This document shows positions 1 through 12,800 of a stretch of DNA of 64,000 nucleotides, in pieces (within the stretch, counting starts at the first letter, position 1; every line of letters starts with the position of its first letter). The notes beneath the pieces are model-generated. The model was not told the DNA's origin, searched no databases, and was given only the letters and a program-made list of their open reading frames with translations. Origin of the DNA: Octopus vulgaris (lineage: Eukaryota); assembly GCA_951406725.2 (NCBI GenBank), contig OX597814.1, positions 97,898,001 through 97,962,000 of the forward strand, read 5' to 3'. The position numbers and the translations under genes are program-made.

Positions 1-25
1 TGAACTGAAAGTAGCTACCATGTTG
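1..25 (+). CDS. DNAJC10: DNAJC10 exon, truncated by window edge (ELKVATML)
   Basis: Donor TTG|gtaagt; in frame with next exon; aligns with ERdj5 'RLSGML'. Confidence 0.75.
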
Positions 26-1346
26 GTAAGTGTCTTTCACATTTCTTTTTGAAATGAATTCTCTCCTTAAATTTAAAAAAAAAAAAAAACATTCTTAAAT
101 TGCCTTTTCACTCTATTAAATTTTCAGGAAAGTTTGGTGAATGTCGGAACAGTCAATTGTGATAGACATAGTTCCTTATGTTCAAAAATGGGAGCCAGTG
201 ATGGTGTATATTTTTACAAATTGGGAGAAGTGGAGAAAGACAAAGGAATGGTAAGTTATAATACCAATTTGTTTATCTAATTGAAAAATCATCAAGAAGT
301 AAATTGTGTAGGATTTACAGTGACTGCTGAAATGTAAACTATTTTATAAAGTACCATTTAAAGATAGTTGTGACAAAAGAATTATAATAACAACAAACTG
401 AATTGTGTAGGTTTTTGTCTGTTCTGTTTTGACATGTTTTTAAATGTGACAAACATTAGGTGATTCAGATGTCCCTTTAGCATTTAAGTAACATAGAAAT
501 TTGTGATTTTTTTTTTATAGTGTTATAGTGTTTTTATGTATTTTCAATACTGTCATTGCAATTTTGCTGTGAGTATTTATTCATTTGTTTATTTCATGTC
601 TGTTTTTCCATACCAGCATGAATTTAGATGGCAAGTTGTTTGAGACAGGATATTCTGGCTGGATGCTCTTTCTATCACCAACCCTTACCTGTTTTCCAAG
701 TCAGGGATTTCTTTATTCCAAATGTGTTTCAAATGTACTGAGTGATTGATCCTAATGTCAACGAATGTTGACATCGCTACCACTTCACTCAATCAGTGAC
801 AAGCATGGTGTATGAGCTTTCACATATTCATCTGACTCATGCTAGCATGGAAAAGTGTACATAAAATAAACAAATGAATACATGTGTATGTGTGTGTGTG
901 TGTATATTTTCTCTCACCTTTTTCAGTCATTTGACTATGGCCACACTGGAGCACAGCCTTAAAGTGTTTTAGTCGGATAAATCGACCCCAGGACTTACTT
1001 TTTAAGCCTAGTACTTATTCTATCAGTCACTTTTGCTGAACCACTAAGTTATGGTGATACAAGCACACCAATACCAGTTGTCAAGCAGTGATAGGGGTGA
1101 AGAGGGCCAAACACAGACGCAAAAACACACGTAGATATCTATCTCTCTTTGCTCTTTTACTTGTTTCAGTCATTTGACTGTGGCCATGCTGGATCACTGC
1201 TTTTGTTGACCCCAGGACTTATTCTTTGTAAGCCTAGTACATATTCTATTGGTCTCTTTTGCTGAACCGCTAAGTTATGGGGATGTAAACACCAGCATCG
1301 GTTGTCAAACGATGTTGGGGAGACAAACACATACACACATACATAC

Positions 1347-1377
<31 letters not shown>

Positions 1378-3756
1378 GTAGAAGGCATGAAACCAACTCG
1401 TTAATCACATAGCTGTGCTTGCATCACATTGTTTTATAAGTTTACTATCATTATTAAAAGATGGGAGAATGTTCATTTTCCTAAAAATAACAGCCATGAA
1501 TTCATCTCTCAGCAAGACACCTGTCCTGACCTTCTATTATACTTTCATATTCTTCAATACTATTCCCTACTCAGTTAAAGGGTTTTGCCTTGCAAGTACA
1601 TAGTAATCTCACTAGTGCTTGGCCATGAGAAAGCACACAGTACACTCTGTAAAGTGGTTGGTGTTAGGAAGGGCATCCAGCTGTAAAAACCATACCAAAG
1701 CAGTGGGGCTTAGTGCAGCCCTCTGGCTTGTCAATTCCTGTTGGACTATCCAACCCATGCCAGCATGTAAAAAGGAACATTAAATGATGATAATAACAAT
1801 ATACAGAGACACACTACATAGGTAATTCTGCTGTATGCATGAATTAAATGATTAAACAAAATAAATGATGCAAAATTGTTTATATATTCTTAATTTTTGT
1901 TCTAGTTTTAAAATCACATTTTCTTCAAAAATAAACAATTGTGGCTTCAGTTTTTTTGTGCATTATCTGTACATTTATTTTCTCTAACACATTGGCAGGC
2001 TATTTCAAGTCTTGTAGCTCAAGAAGTTGCACATGAAGTTTTATTACAACTACCTGATGTCACACTCTTGAATGAAGAACAACTTCAGGTAAGATTTTAA
2101 AATTTCTCTTTTATTTATATCTGTTTATTTTAGATTTTGTGTCTAGGTTTTCTTTATAAAAACCTAGATTATTATAAGCCTTAGTTTTCTCAGACAGTTG
2201 ATCACTTTTACTGATTTCCTTTTTTTATGATTAAATAAACATATAATTTTCATGTGAGGGATCTAGGTTATTGGTATACCCACTGGTTGTAATTTAGTTT
2301 CTGTAGAATTATGTATTACAAATTCCTGTGTATATCACCTAATTTTGGAAGGTATTTGGTGTAGTAGTGAACATTGTGTTAGAGCTTTTGGTTAGTACAA
2401 TATTCTCATTGATTAAAGTTTCCAGTCATAGGTTTGGGAGAGGTCATTTACTTTGTTACAGGCATCAAAGAGATGTTCCTAGGAGCAGTCATCCAAATGT
2501 GCCTTCTTTTGCCCATATGCTCAGCATTGCAGGATTTGCATGTAATACAGAGGGTCATGGTGTTGCAGTTATTAGTACCAGATAAATTGAAATATTGGCT
2601 AGCAGACTGATGTATCATAACATCTCATTCTGATTATTTTGAATATGGGAGACCCTGTATTTCAGACATTGCTTTTCTCACCGTTATTGTTTTACATCTA
2701 CTGTCCTTCCATCCTGGCATGGGTTGGACAAGTTCTTTAAGGCAGTGTTTTATTGCTGGATGCTCTTTTTTTTTTGCTAATCCTTGTAGTCACCTCTAAC
2801 AACACCCAGGGTTCTACTAAAACTATGGTATAATTATATATATTTATAGATGCTTAAAATATTAAGTCCATTCCTTTGTTGGTTTTCTCCTATTATCGTT
2901 GTTTTTCCCTCTGATATTGTAATAATTATCTATCCATGTTAACAATCTTCTAATACTTTCTTACCAGAATATCAGACATGAAAATGAAGAAAACACAGCA
3001 TGGGTTGTTCATTTCTTTGATAAAGATGAAGTTAATTTGGAATTGAGAAAGATTCCAAGCCTTCTTGAAGATGAAAACATTCATGTAAGTTGTTAGTTCG
3101 TTAATATTTTTCTTAAATATATTACAAGAAACACTAAGAAGTCACTCCTTACTTACCAGTTATGTGATGAAACATTATAGTTATGAAACATTACTATTAT
3201 GACATATCAGGAATATATTTGTTAATTATTGAAATAGTTGTGGATACTTAATGTGCAACCACAAATCTAAAATTCTAGGTAAGGTTCAGTTTTTTAACTA
3301 TTCATTCTCCAACCAATTATTTCCTCCATAGAAAATGTGTGTAAAACGTAATTATGTTTATAGTTTCTTACATTGACACTTGATAAGGGAAGGTGTATAG
3401 TGTCTGAAAATTGTCAGTGCATGACTGATAATGATTTTACTAGTTCCAGAAGGATGAAATAAAAAGTTGATTGTAGTAGGATTTGAAGATTTGAACATAG
3501 AGAAATGAAGTTAAATGCCACAAGTAATTAAAGTGCTCTTGGCAATTTCAGCTACCTTACCATCCAAAATATAGAGGTGATAATGATACTCCCTTCACTC
3601 AACCAGTTATTCTATCACAAGGATTTTTGTTAAAGTAAAGTGTGTTGTGTTGATCATTAGATTATTTTAAACCTAACATTACTCTGTCAAATGTAATGTT
3701 GATTCATATCATTTTCAACTAATCATTTATCATCTTGTAGCATTGAGATTTCAATG

Positions 3757-3809
<53 letters not shown>

Positions 3810-6800
3810 TGTGTACAGTGCTCAGGTGCACGACAACTCATCTAAAGTGTATATATAATCAGGTGTAGTTTCGGCGGATTTCGGAACGCATGAGGGCCTT
3901 AAAGGATGCAGTGTCATGGCAGTCAACAACTGACGCAGGCAGTTTATTCCATGCTTCAGCAACTCTGAGCGTGAAAAAATGTTTCCGAAAGTCATGGGAG
4001 CTGTGTTGTTTTCTGATGTGATTATATATTTTTAAAATGACATTGTAGGTAGGTGTGAGAGGCAGGATCTAGCCAGTTTGAAGATAAAACGGAAAGAATA
4101 TTTGGGCTGGATATGGCTTTGGATTAATGTGTGTGAGTTTGGGTGGGTGGGTTTATCAAAACAGTTTGATTCAAATTCGTTGGTACTCTTGAATTTACAA
4201 CGAATTTGAATCAAACTTTTGATCCATACGTGTAACTTCCAATAAATTGGTTGAGTGCCTTTCTTTCATTTGTCCACTCATATATATATATATATATATT
4301 TATCTTGTTTCAGTCATTTGCCTGCAGTGTGGCCATGCAGCTATGCTGGGGCACTGCCCTGAAGGGCTTCAGTTGAACTAATTGACTCCAGGACTTTAAG
4401 ACTTTTTAAGCCTAGTACTTATTCTATCAGTCTCTTTGCAAAACCGCTAAATTATGGGGACATAAACTCACCAGTTGTCAAATAGTGATGGACAACAAAC
4501 ACAGGATATATGTAAAAGCTATTGTATTTTGTTTTTAGATAAACATGAAACCTGAGATTTTTATGTGAGGGGAATAGGTGATTGTGATGTTTGTGTTTTT
4601 TTACAAGGGCAAAAAGGGTCTGAAATGAAGTGGCTCTAACAGTAACCAATCACAAAGTATCTTAACATCAAAGGAAGCTTTTACAGGGTTACTTTACCTG
4701 CTGGAAATAGCAGCCATATCTCCCTCAAAGCACATACCATAGAAAAAGGACACTTTGGATAATATAGTCCTACATCTTGTCATCTTATCTGAAAATAAAG
4801 ATGTGATGGTCATGGCAGGAAAATCTTTGATCATAGGTTTGCTTAATGAGGGCTGAGTTAAGCTAAACAACAGATGATACTGTATGAATTATATGGTTTT
4901 TCCTTTCAATACAATATTTTTTAGGTTGGTCGTGTTGACTGTAGGATTCTCCAGAATGAATGTCACCAGTTACATATTTTTAAAATGCCAACTTTTGTCC
5001 TCTTCAAATCAAGTGGTGGCCATGAAATATATTATGGTAAGGAAACGGTTTTAAGAAATATCTTTTATGCTGTTTTTGCATGAATGCTAAAATATAATCT
5101 TTTATCTTTCACTTGTTTTAGATATTGGACTGTGGCCATACTGTGGCATGACCTTAAAGGGTTTTAGTCTAACTAATCAACCCTCGTATTTTTTTTTTAA
5201 GTCTGATATTTATTTTATCTGTCTTTTTTGCCAAACTGCCAAGTTGTGGAGATGTAGACAAACCAAGACCATTTGTCAAGTGGGGTGTGTGTGTTTGTGG
5301 GGGGGACAAATACATGCGTGCACACACACACACTTCCACACAGTTTCCATCTACCAAATTCACTTACATAGCATTGATCACCCTGAAGCTATAGTAGAAG
5401 ACACTTACCCAAGATACTGTATACTGAGTCTGAACTCGAAACCATGTGGTTGCAAAGCACGCTTCTTAATCACACAGCCATTTTGTGTAGCTAAATAGAA
5501 GATGAGCTCATTTGGAAGTTAATTTCTTTTTGTGAAACCACAACTTTGTAATTCACTTGTGTTTACAGGTGTGAGAATTTGATGAAATATAAATCTTCTC
5601 TTTGACAAAATGCTAGTCTGTTGTAGGGATCTCTCCCAAATAACTTAAAATGATAATAATGAACTTATTGTATATAATGCTCAGGTGCAAAACCTACCAA
5701 AAAAAGTAACCAAAATTTCATGAACAGTACATAGAATATGCACAGGAAGTGAACAGTGAGAAAGTCTTAAAAAAAAAAGGAAGAAGAAATGGGGGTAGAG
5801 GGCATCAGGTTGGCAAATTTCAGGAAGCATGGAAGTTTTGAAGGTTGTAGTGTTTTGACAGCTAACAACTGATGCAGGTAGTTTATTTCATACTTCAACA
5901 ATTTTGAGCTTTTCAGTACTGGCTGACTTTTGTATTGTTAAGTAAATTAGAGATAGATTTTACTCTACTGGTTATGATGCAGGTTAAACTCAGGCAACAT
6001 TCTCAGTTGATATGGTACCTACTACTAACATATATCATAATTATTTGACTTGTATACAATGTAATGTTGAATATAATGTGACTTGCACTTTTTGTACTTT
6101 CGTTTTTCACTTGTGTTTAATGCTATCCCACCAGTTTTGACTCTGATGCTTTGTATTATATTTCTTTCATAATACATGAGTAAATATAGTAAGTGAACTG
6201 AGTCATGTAGATTTAAATGTATGTTCAAATATACAGTGAAGCCCCCAAAGTGGATATAGGCTAAAGGTTCTTGCTATTTGACACTCGGTCAGCTCTGAGC
6301 AGATTTTGCGAACATTCTAAATTTATGACTACATGATCTAATCCAGTGTGTCCTCTAGAAATATCCTCAAGTCATTTCATTTCTGTCTCATCAAGATGCT
6401 ACCAAGGAATTTCATTAATGATTCTGGTGCCTCTACTCAAAAGAAATAACTTCATCTTATATATATATTTATCAATTTCTCAATATGTTATCAATTTCTC
6501 AATAAGTTATTAATAGAAATCTTAATTTGAGCAATTTATATAGTTGCCTCTTACACACACACAGAATATTACTTTTGTTTATTGTGGATCATCAGATCAA
6601 ATGTAGCATTAAAACTATGCTTTAGTTTATTACTTTCTTAATTTCAGGTCGTACAACTGCTCATGATGTAGCAGCTTTTGCTAAAGAGAGTGTGAAAGCT
6701 TCCTTAGAAGCACTTGGTCCCAACGATTTTCCGCATCGGGTAGTAGATAGTCAAGATCCATGGTTTGTTGATTTTTTTGCACCAGTAAGTACATTTCTCT

Positions 6801-9800
6801 ATATTCCTGATCTACCTTTTTAAAATGAATTATGGTATTTGTTATTAGGCTAATTTTCAAAATGATATAAATAATGAAAATAATATTCAGATATTTTTGT
6901 CATCAATACTTTAAAATATGTTCTGCCATAGTTCACTTTTTTGTGGTTATTTTTAAAGAAATACACTGCCTATGTGTTTCAATTATTTCTTAAAATAATC
7001 AAGAATGTTGGGTAATTTAGGAAAAATATCATTTTTGCAACTTTAAAGGTTGTTACATTAAATTATGGTGGCAAGTTTTAATTTAAATATGAACATTTTT
7101 AAGTAAATGGGTTTTTTTATATATATATATATATATATCATAGAACTAGAGGAGCTCTCAGTGAGTTGGTATCAAAAGAATTAAAGAATCTAAATATCAA
7201 GTCTTATTAAATTTTCTTTTCTTTTTCTTGATTTGCCTATTCATACTTTTGTTTTTATAGTGGTGCCCTCCATGTATGCGGTTGCTGCCAGAATTTAGAA
7301 AAGCATCCAAAAGTTATGGTAAAACAATATCTTTTGGTTCTGTTGACTGTACTGTACATCAGGGCCTCTGCACTCAGGTATAATAGCTTTTTCTAAAGTT
7401 TTTTTTATAAATTCCAAAGTTTTCATAAACTTTGAAGAAAAAAAAAATGATTTAAATTTTAAGATTTTAATTCTTTGCTTGTCCCATGTATCAAGTAAAT
7501 ATTTCCTTGACATCTATGCATCATATATGATTTACACTCCCAAAGTTTTTTCAACCACAGAGTAACTTGGGACTTATAAAAGGGAAGATTTATGTTATTC
7601 AGAATGAATGAAACAACGACTGAAAGTTTGAAAACAAACATGGACAGGCAAAGGATTAAGTGTGTCTTGGACTACAAGATGAAGAGACCAGTTTAAAACT
7701 GATTTACAAATAGTCTGTGTTAAAATATATATTGCTTTTCAAGAAATACGTTATCTGAAATAATGTTTTTATTGCCTGATTTGAAGACACTGTAGCATAT
7801 TTCCAAAGATCAGAGTAAATTCTTGGGTAGAGAGGAGGAGGAGGAGGGGGAGAGAGAGAGAGAGAGAGGAAACTTAACAAGAATGGGAGTTAGCTTGGAA
7901 GTACACTTTGGGAGTTAGTTCAGAAGTCTACTTGATTAGAGCTGACCTTGGGTTAAATAAATATGAGAACCAAAGTTATAGAACATTTAAAGTATAAGTA
8001 AAACCTCTGTTGAAGAAAATAAATATTTAATTTCCGTAACTGATGATTGTATTTTTTCCCTTGTTTTTTTTTGTCATTTTAGTACAACATTAGATCTTAT
8101 CCAACCACTATTTTTTACAATAGAAGCACACCTCATCATTACCATGGTCAACATCGCGCACAAGATATGATTGATTTTATTGAGGTAAGCATAATTCCCC
8201 TTAGGGGTTTTTACACCTGTTTTATAATTTTTATGGCTTAGCATTCATGTGGTTCCAGATTTAATCCCACTGTATGACACCATGGGCAGATGACTTTGAT
8301 CATACCATTCTGTGGACTCAGAACCTTGTGAGTTAAATTTAGGAGATGAAAACTGTTCAGGAACTCATTAGATGTACACCCACAAACACGCACGCACACA
8401 CATGAGTGCTGATGTAGCTGTGTGGTTAAAAAGTTTGCTTCCCAACCACATGGTTTCAGGCTCTGTCTCGCTGCATGGCACCTTGGGCTTCTACTATAGT
8501 GTTGCACCAACCAAAACTTTGTGAGTGGAATTGGTAGGTGGAAACTGAAAGAAGTCTGTTGTGTATATGTGTGTGTGTGTGTTTGTGTCTCCTTGTCTTG
8601 ACATCATGGACATAAATGAATGTCTTGTTACATTAAATTATGATGGCAAGTTTTAATTTAAATATGAACATGTCTGGCCAAGGGGAATCTTACTTGGAAA
8701 TGGGTAAGGTTTGGTGACAGGAAAGGCATCTAGCTGTCAAAAATCTGCCATAGATAAATGATGATGATGAGGATGATATGTAATACCTGTGTGTATCCTG
8801 ATTTTAGAATAAGTACACTTTATCTACAAGGATGAATGTCAGGAAGAGCATTTGGTTATAAAACACTGCTTGAGAAAGTCCTGGCCAACTCATGCCAGCA
8901 TAGAAAAGCAAATGTAAAAACAATGGTTCCCCTTCACCATCATCATCACTGCCACAATTACTTCCATCATCATCTCCATCGCTGCTGCCGCTGCCACCAC
9001 CACCTCTATTAAAGTGCCCAGGCCCACCAATGCCTTGAGAGTGGATTTGGTTGCTGGAGACTGTAGAAGCCTGTTGTGTGTATGTGTGTGCATGTGTGTT
9101 TGTCCCTGACACTGCTTGAAGACTGGTGTTAGTTTATGTCCTTGCAGCTCAGCAAAAGAGACCAATAGAGTAGGTACCAGACTGACAAATAAGTAATGGG
9201 ATTGATTTGTTTGACTAAATCTTTCAAGGTAGTGCTCTAGTATGGCCACAGTCCAATGACTTAAACAAGATAAATGAAGGCAAAATTAAAACTGATTTAC
9301 AAATCTCTCTATAGAGGGAAATTTTTTTGTTGCTTTCCAAAAAAACACATTTTCTGATATTTTTTTCTCCTTTACTTTCACATTTTACTAGGATACTCTT
9401 CATCCATCTGTAGAACAACTGACTCCTGACAACTTTCATTCCAAAGTTAACCAGCGTGGCCAAAATGAAATCTGGGTTGTTGATTTCTTTGCTCCATGGT
9501 GTGGCCCTTGTCAGCAGTTGGCTCCTGAATGGCGTAAGCTCTCTAAGGTAACACAATATATCTATCAATATATCTATAAATATATATAAAAGGCGGCGAG
9601 CTGGCAGAATCGTTAACATGCCTGGCAAAATGCTTAGTGGCATTTCATCTGACTTTACATTCAGAGTTCAAATTCTGTCGAGGTCGACTTATGCTTTCTA
9701 TTCTTCGGGGTTCATAAAATAAGTACCAGTCACATGGCAGGGTCAGTGTAATTGATTTATCCCATTCTCTGAAATTGCTGGCCTCGAAACTAATAGGAAG

Positions 9801-12800
9801 CTTGCTTTGTAGCCACAAGGTTTCAGGCCCAATCCTACTGCGTGACATCTTAGGCAAGTGTCTTCTGCTATAACCTCGGGTTGACCGAAGCCTTATGATT
9901 GAGTTTGGTAGGCAGAAGTTATTGTGTGTGTAAGTGCTTGTGCCTCCTAACAGAGAGGGAAATGCAAGTTTTTATTAATATCTATGATTGTTTTTTTAAA
10001 GAAGTTATTCTAAGAATATCATCCATAAATTGTTTTTCATTCTAAGAAAAATAATACGACCTTTCATAAATATTTTATAAATGACCTATTGAGTCAAGTA
10101 CGTCAACATCAAAATAAAAATCAAATGGAAATTGTAGTTAAGATACCCGTGCCGGTGGTAAGTAAAAAGCACAATCCAAATGTGGCTGATGCTATTGCCG
10201 CCTGACTGGCGTCTGTGTCGGTGACACGTAAAAAGCACCAACTGATCGTGGCCATTTGCCAGCCTCCTCTGGCCCCTGTGCCGGTGGCACGTAAAAAGCA
10301 CCCACTACACTCTCTAAGTGGTTGGCATCAGGAAGGGCATCCAGCTGTAGTAACACTGCCAGATCAGTCTGGAGCCTGGTGCAGCTTCCTGGCTTCCCAG
10401 ATCCTGGTCGAACCGTCCAACCCATGCTAGCATGGAAAATGAATGTTAAACGATGATGATAATGATGTAGCCAAGGCTAAAGAGACTGATAGAATAAATA
10501 CCAGGTTTTAAAAAAAAGTACTGGTATCAATTTGGTCAACTAAAATTCTTCAAGGTGGTACACCAGCATGGCTGCAGTCTAATGACTGAAATAAGTAAAA
10601 GATAAAACATAACATTTTTTATTTTAATTCTTTCCTTAGATTTAAATACCTTTCAAGTTAAGAAGATGGATTCACTTATATTTAATGTTGATGTGTAGTA
10701 TTTCTTCTAATTCTGGATTTTATGTACATTTAAACAAATAGAATTTCAAACATTTTCATTTATATGAATCCATTTTAATTATGCCTTTTTTCATTTCTCT
10801 TTCCAGATGTTCAAATCCAATAAAAATGTACATATTGCTGATATTGATTGCAAAAAACATAGATCTTTATGTCAACAAGAAGGGGTACACTCTTATCCCA
10901 CGATGCGCTTGTATCCGTTATCTGGATCATCATTATTCGAGTAAGATTTCATCTTTCTTATTTGTTTAATATAGTGATTAATATTATTCCTGTGCAAAAG
11001 GTAGCAGAATCATTAGCATGCCAGGCAAAATGCTTAGTGGTATTTCGTCCGCATTAACATTTTGAGTTCAAATTTTTCCAAGGTTGACTCTACCTTTCAT
11101 CCTTAAAATAACTACCAGTTGAGTACTGGGGTTGATGTAATTAATTTTACCCCCTCTCCCCAAATTGCTGGCCTTGTGCCAAAATTTGAAACCAATATTA
11201 TTCCTGTGCATCATTTAGGTGCATCCTGATTATTGACATTCACTCTTGTAAGATATGAGTAGCCATGTATATCCTCTATAGCAAGGAACCTGTTCTGGTT
11301 CCTTTCATACTGAATTGCTCACCACTTAGCATAAAAGTGCCTCTGCCTCAGATGAAAGCAGTCTTAGTGTTGTGAGCTAAGTGGCAACTTGTGTTGGTGC
11401 CATGAAAATAGTTTAAGACAGGCATCCAGCCGTAGAACCTATGCCAAAGCAAACTTAGCAAAATTTATCGTATCATCCAACCCCTGCTAGCATGGGATAT
11501 ATATATTAAATAATAATAATGATGGTGATGAGGAGGAGGCATTGTAGAATAAGGTATTCTGCTTAGACACATGTCAAAATATCTGCAGAAAATTTGTATA
11601 TTTATAAAACTTGTATATTTATTAAAACTTCCTTTTATGACCTAGAAGAAGAAGAAGGACTGCCCCCATGATCTTTGTGGGGTCACAAAGATTAATGGGA
11701 AGAAAGGTAGGAAGAAACTATAACAGATGGGTTACTGTAGTAGGAAGAATCAGTGCATTCAGATATTGGGCTGTTCCCAGGCTAGAGACCTTGTCTGAAT
11801 ACTTGGAACAGAGCAGCTTGAGGACTGTACTACCATTAGCCTTCCAAGAATATTGGGCAGAGAAGATGGAGAAATGGATTGAAAAACAGATATGAAATTA
11901 GCAATGTTTGGACCTTAATTGATGACTGAAACTAATTTACTATTTCAATATTTATTTTTATTTATTTATCCAGGTCGTACAATGGCTGGAATCGAGACGT
12001 GCAGTCATTACATGCGTGGGTCTATGAATTTCTTCCCAGTAAAGTTGTTACTCTTCGCTCAAGTAGTTTCCATTCCAAAGTTATTAATTCCAAGCAACCT
12101 TGGATTGTAGATTTCTATGCTTCTTGGTGTGGACATTGTCAGATATTTAAACCTCAGTTTGAACAAGTTGCTGCTGTAAGTAATGCTTTATCTTTTATCT
12201 GTTTGTCATTGGACTGTGGCTACACTGGGGCATCACTTTGAAGGGTTTTAGTTAAACAGACCAACGCCAGAACTTATTTTAAAGTCTGGTATTTATTCTA
12301 TCGACTCCTGTTGATGAATTGCTAAGTTACAGGGATGTAAACAAACCAGCACTGGTTGTTGAACGCTTGGGAAGGGAGAAAACAGACACGCACACACACA
12401 CACACACACTCACAAAATGGGCTTCAACACAATTTCCATTTACCAAATCTACTCACAAGGCATTGGTTGCTTGGCGCTATAGTAGTAGATATTTAGTGAA
12501 ACTGAACTTGAAACCACATGGTTGCAAAGTGAGCTTATGAACCACAGAGTCATGCCTTACATACATACTTATATATGCATGCGTGTGTGTGTGTGTGTGT
12601 GCGTGCATGCATTTTACAATTTTGTCTTTATACTCATTGAGTACATAACATTTAGATATCAGAAAGACTGAGCACAAGGGTCCTGTAAAAGTGACTGAGG
12701 ATGAAATCTATTGACAGTATTTAGAAGGAGAAAGGCAGCAAGCTGGTGGAATAGTTAGAACACTGGGCAAAATGCTTGGCAGCATTTTGTCTGTCCTAAC

